In this document: piece by piece, positions 20,721-29,645 of the stretch
Layout of the letters: each line of letters opens with the position of its first letter
Numbering within the stretch: the first letter of the stretch is position 1
Origin: Octopus sinensis
Lineage: Eukaryota
DNA: 29,645 bases
Reading direction: 5' to 3'
NCBI RefSeq assembly: GCF_006345805.1
Contig: NW_021833180.1
Coordinates: 1 to 29,645 of the forward strand
Translations under genes and position numbers: made by a program
Notes under the pieces: model-generated
Seen by the model: only the letters and a program-made list of their open reading frames with translations
Told to the model about the DNA's origin: nothing
Database searches by the model: none

Positions 20721-20859
20721 ATTATATAAATGCAATGTGTGTGGTTATGTATGTGTGTTTAACCTTAAAAGGATCTTGAAATGATGTGTATTCGAAAAAG
20801 CAAATTTGCATCTCAAAGAGAATGTTGTCCATAAATAATAAGAAAATGATATAATTCTG

Positions 20860-20944
20860 TTGCTTTGAAACCGAGACCTATTCACTGACAAAACTTTGTG
20901 CTGTATGAAGTTTTGTCAGTGAACAGGTCACGGTTTCAAAACAA
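20860..20944. other. Hairpin: 37-bp stem with 3 mismatches, 11-nt loop
   Basis: 20860-20896 ttgctttgaaaccgagacctattcactgacaaaactt versus 20908-20944 aagttttgtcagtgaacaggtcacggtttcaaaacaa. Confidence 0.9.
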
Positions 20945-22271
20945 TGAAAATATTTTGACACAAATGAAATTTAAATGTTGAAGTGAAACTAACGGTTTTT
21001 GTGTACTCTTGAATGGCTTACAAACATCTTCTATGTTGCAATTGTTTTTGTTTCAGCACACGATCTCAGATCAAGTCACTTGCTATGCAAGTACATCTCT
21101 GTAAATATAATCTGCCTCAAGAAATAACACATTTAGATCAACAAATCTCACACTCTCCATCTGTCACCTTAATCTATCTTTCTATATATATATATATATT
21201 TACCTCACACTTTTTCAATCACTTTCTGTAAATGTATTAACTTTTGTGCATTGTTTTCATTTGTTTGAAACATCATCTTCTAATGTTTACTTTCATTTTA
21301 TGACAGCTATCATGCACAATTCTTGCTTTCTAATCAGGCAGAAATAACCAAACCTTAAATCTGTTTAACATTTTTCTAAGATTTCTCTGGAATAAATGAA
21401 TCTTAAACTTGAATTCAGCATGAAAAAGTACACCAATATACCAAATTTGAAAATTTTCCCTTAATTTTAAAACTTCAAAATCCTCGACAGTACCAGAAAA
21501 ATCTCTCTGTCTCTGTCTGTCTGTCTGTCTGTCACTCTCTCTCTCTCTCTGTCTATTTGTTTCTCTTTCATATTTTCATGGTAAACTCTCTCTCACTCTC
21601 TGTGAAAGGATATCACTCATGCTGAGTGTATGTGTGTGCTTCTCAGTATGTATATATATTTCATTAGGACAACAGAGTGATTTATAAAAAGGTATGCAAA
21701 AGATAATTTATTTTAATAGCATACTTTTCTGTTAGTATTTTTGCTTCTAGCATACACACTCACATGCATGGACTTGCTTGGTGCAGGGATAAACAATTAA
21801 ATTACAAATTTTTTTTGCTGTCGCTTAAATCCCAGCAATAATCCACCACAGATCAAACATGCGAATTACCCACATGCATGCATATTATATATGTAAAGCA
21901 TATGTTATACATGTATGTATATTGTTGTAATTGTCATTTTAGTAAATAAATAAATAAATTGACTTAATACAATGTCTGAAAGTTGATGAATACCACCTAT
22001 TGATCCCCTCCATTTTCTTATTGCTCTCTCTCTCTCTACACACACATGTACATATAAGGCAAAGAAGAAAATGAAGATAATCAATCAACAAACATCAGCC
22101 CGGAGACATTCGTTTGGATTTATAGATTAATTACAATCATAAGTATAAATAAATAAATGAATAAGAATGAATGAGTGAATAATACTATACTTTTACAGTT
22201 GTTTCTACTTTTACATATATGTATATACATTTACATATATGTATATATATTATACATACATGTATATATAT

Positions 22272-22500
22272 TTCTTTACTACCCACAAGGGGCTAAACAC
22301 AGAGGGGAGAAACAAGGACAGATAAAGGGATTAAGTCGATTACATCGACCCCAGTGCGTAACTGGTACTTAATTTATTGACCCCGAAAGGATGAAAGGCA
22401 AAGTCGACCTCGGCGGAATTTGAACTCGGAACGTAAAGACAGACGAAATATGGCTACGAATTTCACCCAGCGTGCTAACGTTTCTACCAGCTCGCCGCCT
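22272..22500 (-). mobile_element. Full-length SINE family E
   Basis: Reverse complement is closely similar to 1442-1671. Confidence 0.9.
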
Positions 22501-22659
22501 TATACATACATGTACATACATGTATATATATATATGTATATATATTATACATATTATACCAGCTCGCCGCCTTATACATACATATACATACATGTATATA
22601 TGTATGTATATATATTATACATATCATATACATATATACATATATATATTATACATATT

Positions 22660-22882
22660 ATGGATGCCATGATAGATCGTTAGTTCCTACACACATTTTT
22701 TTTCTCTCCTTGTTTCTCTCCTTGTTTTTTTCTGTGTATCTTTCTGTCGAAGAGCGTGGGCTCGAAACATAAATGACTTTTTCTATTTCTATTTCTATTC
22801 CTGAGCGCCATACTAATACATTTGTTTGTTTGTACTCCACCTGCCTTCGTCTTTTGTTTATTTTCGTAAACCTTCCCGTTAT
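22660..22882 (+). mobile_element. Short repeat between TA-rich tracts with a degenerate minimal-hammerhead-like motif; possible Penelope-like terminal fragment
   Basis: tcgaagag-cgtggg-ctc-gaaa-cata at 22747-22771, with microsatellite on both sides. The family assignment is inference from recall. Confidence 0.4.
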
Positions 22883-23130
22883 ATATATTATATATACATA
22901 ATTGTATATATGTGTGTGTGATTTTTTTTATACCTATTTGGGGTTTATAATGTCTATTGGCATGCTATAGCCAGATTTTTATGGAGTTTGCTTCACAACC
23001 AGAGCATCGAGGATTGATTCCACTCCACAACATAATTGAGAATGAAACTGTATTGATGGAAAGTTCAGTACATGGATTATACTTCTCAAACATTTCCTGT
23101 CACGCCATGCCTGATGGAACAGACAGCTGT

Positions 23131-23345
23131 ACCAATCCCCGAACTGGACGGCATTGCATCATACCAAAGATCCTGTCTTTCCCGTCTAAAATAAGGACAC
23201 AGTACTTGCGATAGTCTGGGTTTCATGTGCCTGATATTGCTCAGCATCCTGCCAGGCAACCATAGAAATCTTCCTGGTGTTGATGTGGAAGTTTCTGAGG
23301 AACATCTGGACAGGTTTCTGTCTTAGATACCAGAAACAACACCGA
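23131..23345 (+). pseudogene. LINE (CR1/L2-group-like) ORF2 C-terminal remnant
   Basis: TNPRTGRHCIIPKI...SKIRTQY, then after a 1-nt frameshift DSLGF...LSILPGNHRNLPGVDVEV..EHLDRFLS*IPE. This resembles the recalled ORF2 end pattern (SF..GPRLFN.LP..IR......VF K..LD.FL..IPD.P). Confidence 0.6.
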
Positions 23346-23656
23346 GTAACTACTGGTGGTACACCAGCATGACCTCAGCCATGGCTGAAACCAGTGAATA
23401 ATAAAAGAAAGATGTCTATGGAATACTCAACCACCTACGTACTAATTCAAAGAACAGAAAATTCAGTTAATAAAATAGCCAAATCCTCATCTCTGAACCT
23501 GACAAAAATCTGTTCATTTATTGGGGGTGGGGGCAATTTTTCTAGAGTCCCAGAACTCGTAAGGCTGAAAATTCTGTTTCCATTTTGTATAAGTGACTAA
23601 GACTACAGCATGCAGTCGATTGTGGGGTTTAAATCTAGCAGTTATGAGGGAAGAGA

Positions 23657-23828
23657 GACAAGTTGATTATATCAAACCCCAGTTCTTGACTGGTACCTTG
23701 TTTTATCGACTTTGAAGAGATGAAAGGAAATGTTGACCAGAGCAGGATTTGACCTCTGAATGTAATTGAAAGAAATACAGCGAAACATTTTGACTGGTGT
23801 GCTAATGATTTTACCAGCTCACCATCTT
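23657..23828 (-). mobile_element. Old, degenerate SINE family E
   Basis: actggtacc...gatgaaagg...ttgacc...gtgctaatgattttaccagctcacc, collinear with 22330-22500. Confidence 0.65.
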
Positions 23829-23852
23829 ATCCATATATATGTATGTATATAA

Positions 23853-23994
23853 CCCATGCTAGCATGGAAAACGGACGTTAAACGATGATGATGATGATGA
23901 TGATGATATATATATATATGTGTGTGTATATACATACATATATATATATAGTTATATATATATATTTATATGTATGTATTTTAATGTATGTATG

Positions 23995-24041
<47 letters not shown>

Positions 24042-24235
24042 ATATTTATATATATGTACATGAATACACTCACATCCACAAGCACACACACACACACATA
24101 CAAATATATATGTATATATTTGTGTGTGTATGCATGCATCTTTATACACACATGCATATATATATATATATATATATATGAACATTCCCATACATGTGCA
24201 CACACACACACGCACACCATACACACACACACACA
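23853..24235. repeat. Family C tail stub (23853-23905) followed by (TA)/(CA) microsatellites
   Basis: aacccatgctagcatggaaaacggacgttaaac(gat)n, then simple repeats. Confidence 0.85.
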
Positions 24236-24392
24236 GAGGCACATGCGCACACACAAAGTCAGTCTCTGATCATAGAGTTAAGGGTCAGGGAAGGCGACAC
24301 AAAAGGAAACCATTGTTCCTTAGTTCTAACCCTCCACCACCACCACCGCCACCACAATCAATACACACAATATTTTTATTCTTTTATCCTAG

Positions 24393-24453
24393 CCCTTCTC
24401 CTCCCCCACCCCCTCCGTCCTTTCTTTCTTCTTCTCTTCCTTCTGCTTCTCAA
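24393..24453 (+). CDS. Candidate downstream exon of the T-box gene (Pro/Ser-rich)
   Basis: Acceptor tttttattcttttatcctAG, donor caa|GTGGGT. Phase 2-0 fits the 20319 donor and gives (S)PSPPPPPPSFLSSSLPSASQ. No homology support. Confidence 0.3.
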
Positions 24454-24566
24454 GTGGGTGTCTATCTTTGGGCCAGGGTTGCCAATTAGTTCAATCAGCC
24501 TCACAACACCTTCTGGGAAGATAAAGTGGTGCGAAGACAACAACAACAACAACACGTGTGTGTATA

Positions 24567-24598
<32 letters not shown>

Positions 24599-24927
24599 AT
24601 ATATAAAACACACACACACACATATATATATCTACTTATATTTGTGCCCATATGTATGTAAGAATCTATTTATGTGTATATGGATGTATGCATGTGTGTG
24701 AACATGCATGTGTGTCTGTGTCTGTGACCGTGTGTGCACATGTGTATATATAAATTTGTATGTATGAGAGTGTATGTGTGTGTGTGTGTGTGTGTTTCTG
24801 CCTAAATTTTCCGTTCATTGAGTTTTTGTCTAGTTTTCTATTTACTCTGCTTTCATCCAACTTTTTCTCCTTGTATTCTTTCTGTTCAACCCTTAATATT
24901 ACACACACACACACACACACACAACAT

Positions 24928-24988
<61 letters not shown>

Positions 24989-25184
24989 TATGCTATGCAT
25001 AGGTGTATATACACACACAACACGCACACACACATACATACTCAGACATGAAGAGAGAGAGAGAGAGAGAGATGTAAACAGATAAATGAAGAGAAAGATA
25101 ATTCATTAGATAACAAACCAATCCAAAACAATTAATAAATCGTTTAACAAGAAGGTGAGGTGTCGAAGTGAAGTGTTTCCTCAG

Positions 25185-25289
25185 ATTCCACTTGAACCTG
25201 TATCACTGGCGCCAGATCTTGTCGTGGATGGTCTGTCGGGGTTTGCCGGCAAGGCACCTTCAAAGCAAGAGGGCTTACTTGTTCAATGA
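25185..25289 (+). CDS. Candidate terminal coding exon of the T-box gene
   Basis: Acceptor gtttcctcAG. Phase 0 gives IPLEPVSLAPDLVVDGLSGFAGKAPSKQEGLLVQ*. Unique, GC-balanced island between microsatellites. No homology support. Confidence 0.25.
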   Translation: MPLEPVSLAPDLVVDGLSGFAGKAPSKQEGLLVQ

Positions 25290-25634
25290 GGACAAGAGCT
25301 CGCGTGATTTTGATATGATAGGGTGCAGGGTGGTCAATGATAGGCGACCCACCTCTGTCTCCACCCTCGGTTTTTTTTTGCACAACCCTTACATTGCTAA
25401 AGCGCACTGGCACAAACACACACATACATATATGCACATACACATGCACACACATGCATCCATGCACACATACTCACACATGCATACATGCACACACATG
25501 TATACACATCCATGCACACACACATGCACACATGCAAGCATACACACAAATGCATGTACAAGCACACATGCACATACATGCACACACACACACCTTGCAT
25601 GCATACACTTTCAAATTCACACACACGTGTGTGT

Positions 25635-25725
25635 GTGGACTGCGAACGACATGAAATAAAGTGACTCGCTCAAGGACACAATGCGTCACTGTGAATTGAA
25701 CTCACAACCTCACGATCTAGTGCCA
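25635..25725 (-). mobile_element. SINE fragment (head B plus CORE-like centre)
   Basis: Reverse complement gatcgtgaggttgtgagttcaattc...gcattgtgtccttgagcgagtcactttatttca matches 28355-28420. Confidence 0.7.
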
Positions 25726-25809
25726 AATTAAGCACACTGTGTGTTGTGTGTGTGTGGTTTGTGTGTGTGTGTGTGTGTGCGTGTATATATATATATATGT
25801 TTTTATATA

Positions 25810-25876
<67 letters not shown>

Positions 25877-26334
25877 TAAAAAATGAAGTTCGAAAATGCT
25901 GCTGTATTATACAATTTTAATTTTTATATATACATTATAACATGTTTCAGTTTCCTGAAATGAACCTTATCAAAAAAGTTATATATAAAAAAAGACAGCT
26001 CATGCCGTCAAACACAAGAAATTCATTTATAATACACAACGGAGTCAGACATCTTAGAGTTCATGTATAGTTGATAATATGTTCATGTATAGTTGATATA
26101 TAGTTTGAAGTATATGTTCAAAGTGTTCGATGCAGTGGCCCACGTGGCGATACGTATTCAATACAAAAAACAGATCAAGTGGTGGAAAGCTGTCAATATA
26201 CAGAAGATTGATGTTTCCGAAAGAGCGAGGAATTCATTTTTTTTACCTTAAGCAATTGTGATGACCCATGGTGGAAGTTCGCTGGGTGGTTCTAGTTGAG
26301 TTTGTTGTATGAAATGCTTGGTTTTATAATGCCT

Positions 26335-26812
26335 GTTAGGTGGTCAATCTAGCATAGCGTGACGTCATCAATGTTGTTACCAATCGTTCGTTAGGTGGCT
26401 TTAATCAAGTAGAACGGGACGTCATCATTATTATTGTTGACCAATCGCTGCATTTATACACCCTATTGTTGTTGTTCCTGTTTTGACCAGTCGCTTCGTT
26501 AGTCCAAGTAGAACGGGATTCATCACACATTTTTTGACCAATCGCTGCATTATATTCTGCCTCTTGTTTGTTTTGTTCCTGTTTTTTACCAGAACTTCGT
26601 TCCGCTTCGTTCGTCAAGGCGGACTGCGGACTCATCCAGATCTTGCCCAATTAAGACTTATAGCTACATTAGATCTGCCCCCTGTCTGTACTTGTTAGGT
26701 GACTATTCAAGCAAAAAGAACGTCATCATATTCTGACTAATGACTGTCCCCTGTTTGTATCCTGTCCATTCTAGCAGAGCTAGACGTCATCACTTGTTGA
26801 CCAATCAGATCG
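26335..26812. repeat. Degenerate tandem array of GACGTCATCA + GACCAATC modules
   Basis: Five modules (about 26360, 26418, 26516, 26719, 26783). Includes a ~100-bp direct duplication, 26406-26490 / 26506-26590. Confidence 0.8.
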
Positions 26813-26848
26813 GGTCTATACTTTATTAAAGCAGCAGAAAATTCAATG

Positions 26849-26895
26849 AAACTGTTACACTGCTGAGTTTCCCGTTGCCGTTCATCGGACAGTTT
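26849..26895 (-). ncRNA. Type I hammerhead ribozyme-like motif
   Basis: Minus-strand RNA AAACUGU-CCGAUGA-ACG(GCAA)CGG-GAA-ACUC(AGCA)GUGU-A/ACAGUUU: 7-bp stem I, core CcGAUGA..GAAA, GNRA-capped stem II, GUA cleavage triplet. Confidence 0.65.
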
Positions 26896-27633
26896 TTGCT
26901 ATATATATATTGATTTATCTATTATATATATATATGTATGTATTATATGTGTGTTTGTGTGTGTGGTGTGCTGCTTGAATAGATATATTGTATATATATG
27001 TGTGTATACATGTTATATAATATATGTAGTATATGTGTGTGTGTGTGTGTGTGTACACACACCCTATATATAGTGTATGTATATGTATGTATGTAATGTA
27101 TATTTTATGTATATGTGTTGTATTTATGTATGTATGTATGTATGTATTATGTAGATGTATGTATTGTGCTTATGTATGGTATTGTACCACATAAGTGGGT
27201 GGTGTCTTTTTCACTGTTTATTTCATGTCCTGTTCTAATTCTCTGAAGAACCAAAAAGCCTCCAACGTACATGTAAATAATACCTATGTCATTTGTTTTG
27301 TGTTTTGTTCTTCTACTTGCTCCAATTTTTTGTTTTTTTTTTTCTTTTTTCATTTTCTACTTATCTTACTGTTCAGTTTACAAACTCTCTCTCTCATTTT
27401 GTATTGGTCACATTTTGTCCTTCGTGTCCATTCATGTGTATCTCAGTATCCTTGTTGCTCTTGATTCCACCAAAATTAATAATCTTATTGATAATAGTAG
27501 GAAATTGATAGGATTTTTGGTCAATAAATAATGAACGTGTCCATGCCTTTTGTCTGTTTTCCATGTGTCGTCTTTCAGCAATGCAAACTTTAGCACCATT
27601 CTGCCCTCTTTCCCTCCTCTTCTTTCTCTCTGT

Positions 27634-27682
<49 letters not shown>

Positions 27683-27757
27683 AATATATATATACCCAGG
27701 AGTAACCACAATGTGAAAACAAGGTGAAAAAGAGTACTCAATACCAGTGGTAGAGTA

Positions 27758-27930
27758 ATCATCATCATCATCATCATCATCATTAGCGTCCGTTTTCCAT
27801 GCTAGCATGGTTGGACGGTTCAACTGGGGTCCTGGGGAGCCCGAAGGCTGCACCAGGCCATCCGATCTGGCAGTGTTTCTACAGCTGGATGCCCTTCCTA
27901 ACGCCAACCACTCCGAGAGTGTAGTGGGTG
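27758..27930 (-). mobile_element. SINE family C, 3' portion
   Basis: (atc)n-ttagcgtccgttttccatgctagcatgg...ctacagctggatgcccttcctaacgccaaccactccgagagtgtagtggg. Confidence 0.88.
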
Positions 27931-27945
27931 ATATATATATATATA

Positions 27946-28100
27946 GGCCTGGGCATGGCTGTGTAGTTAGGAAGCTTGCTTCCCAGCTACATAGTGTCGG
28001 GTTCAGTCCCACCGTGTGGCCACTTTGGGCAAGTGTCTTCTGCTATAGCCCTGGGCCAACTGAAGCTTTGTGATTGAATTTGGTAGGCAGAAGTTACTGC
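27946..28100 (+). mobile_element. Degenerate SINE family A, 5' half
   Basis: ggctgtgtagttaggaagcttgc...gggttcagtccc...ttgggcaagtgtcttctgctatagcc. Confidence 0.78.
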
Positions 28101-28318
28101 CGTGTGTGTATATGTGTGTGTAGGTGCTTGTGCCTCTCTGAGAGAGAGAGAGGGGGATATATATATATATATATGTATATATATGTATATGCATATATAT
28201 ATATTTACATACATATATATAGATATATACATATATATATATATATTCATACACGCACGTATATACATGTATATATACATGTGTGTGTATTTACATATAT
28301 TTATACATACACGCAAGT

Positions 28319-28629
28319 GAGGGCGCGTGGTTAGTGGTTAGGGCATTCGGCTCATGATCGTAAGGTTGTGAGTTCGATTCCCGGCGACGCGTTGTGTCCT
28401 TGAGCAAGACACTTATTCACGTTGCTCCAGTCCACTCAGCTGGCAAAAATGAGTTGTACTGTATTTCAAAGGGTCAGCCTTGTCACTCTCTGTGTCACGT
28501 GATATCCCCGAGAACTACGTTAAGGGTACACGTGTCTGTGGAATGCTCAGCATTTGCACGTTAAATTCACGAGCAAGCTGTTCCGTTGATGTATCAGCTG
28601 GGACCCTCGTCGTCGTAAACGGCGGAGTC
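28319..28629 (+). mobile_element. Chimeric SINE: head B plus CORE-like centre plus family F tail
   Basis: 5' half matches 3367-3510; 3' half matches 18460-18635. Confidence 0.88.
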
Positions 28630-28766
28630 TTTTTTTTTAATACATACACGCACACATTTATATGTATGTGTATGCATATATATATATATATCTGTACACA
28701 CATTTATATATATATATATATATAATATATAATATATATATATATATATATATAGATATATTATAA

Positions 28767-29149
28767 TCTTTCATGTTTCAGGCATTTGACTGCAGCCATG
28801 CTGGGGCCACACCTTGAAGGGCTTTAGTCAAACAAATTGGCCCCAAGACTTATTTTATTAAGCCTAGTATTTTCTATCAGTCTATTTTGTTATGGGGGTG
28901 CAAACACACCAACACTGGTTGTCAAGCAGTGATGGGAGACAAACACACACCCCAACAAACACACAAACATACAAACACATACAATGAGCTTCTTTCAGTT
29001 TCCGTCTACCAAATCCACTCACAACGCTTTAGTCGACCCGAGGCTATAGTAAAACATACTTGCCCAAGGTACCATGCAGTGGGAATTAACCCAGAGCCAT
29101 GTGATTGGGGAAAAAAGCTTCTTACCACACAGACAGCCACAGCTGTGCC
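28767..29149 (-). mobile_element. Diverged SINE family A
   Basis: Collinear with 2176-2618 and 4260-4672. Confidence 0.82.
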
Positions 29150-29256
29150 TGTCATATTAAAAAATATAAACTGCAATTTATTTAGCTATAACATATCATA
29201 TAGATATGCAACAGATCCCTAACTGAAATTTGAAACTGCATTGCACTATTCAGAAA

Positions 29257-29645
29257 TCTTTATATATAAAAATCAAGTTGTGTGTCTGTCTCCTATGATT
29301 TAGATTCCTAACTACTCCCACATTTTGCAGTGCAGTGTAACCAAAAGTGGGTATCTTATAGTCGTGATTAATATCGAGCCCTTCTGGGTATTAGCGTGCG
29401 TCTATGATGAGTCTACAATTTTAAAAATAATTTACCATCATTTTTTTCCATTTTAATGCATTTTTTCGCTATTATATAAGGGAAGTAAACTCCTAAAAAT
29501 GTCTACGATAAGTCAACGATTTAAAAAAAAATTTACCATAATTTTTTTTCCATTTTAATGCATTTTTTTTGCGTTTTTTGGCTATAACTCTCTAAAAATG
29601 CTTATATAGTTATTTCTCTTGCAAACCCGAGCAACGCCGGGCGAT
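29257..29645 (+). mobile_element. Non-autonomous Helitron-like element, truncated by the window edge
   Basis: A|TC 5' start followed by tttatatataaaaa. GC-rich subterminal hairpin cccgagcaacgccggg (29626-29641). Internal ~100-bp direct repeat (29401-29468 / 29502-29572). The expected CTRR end would lie just outside the window. Confidence 0.7.

Noticed and set aside
25168-25659. 163-aa ORF (phase-2 reading of the 25185 acceptor)
   Set aside because: It runs into a (CA)n tract and has an unprotein-like composition; the phase-0 reading looked more plausible, though neither is proven.
27695-27757. 63-bp segment between (TA)n and a SINE tail that I recall as the end of the same repeat family as 26820-26900
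   Set aside because: There is no overlap with another copy in this window, so the link rests on memory only; needs BLASTN.

Overview
AT-rich, microsatellite- and SINE-saturated animal DNA. The repeat landscape looks like a coleoid cephalopod, probably Octopus (inference from recalled repeat families, not verified). The only host gene I can support is a + strand, 5'-incomplete, divergent T-box transcription factor. It has three GT-AG, phase-compatible exons: 3720-3876, 7454-7597 and 20255-20319. The spliced peptide is xSKWMVAGVGDIIPPNQSYTHPNSPMSGSYIMSQVLSFEKIKLTNHKSLTLNQ|ISLVSMQKFCPCIHLVEVINNEVCTNTEHCFSFTQTSFITVTAYQNQE|ITRLKIARNPFAKGFRKTNKH(R/S). Two speculative downstream exons are 24393-24453 and 25185-25289. 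The rest is intron or intergenic DNA: dozens of tRNA-derived SINE copies (families A-F are my own labels), two decayed mariner transposons with nested SINEs, a LINE 3' remnant, a Helitron-like element at the right edge and long simple repeats. Best non-coding observations: (1) a nearly complete type I hammerhead-ribozyme fold on the minus strand (26849-26895), next to a five-module CRE+CCAAT array; (2) a 414-bp near-perfect palindrome (16995-17408) attached to a second, degenerate hammerhead-like repeat; (3) a 37-bp-stem hairpin downstream of the last T-box exon. Almost all ORFs in the supplied track are microsatellite artefacts. There are no prokaryotic features, CRISPR arrays, rRNA or true tRNA genes. 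All alignments and folds were done by eye.
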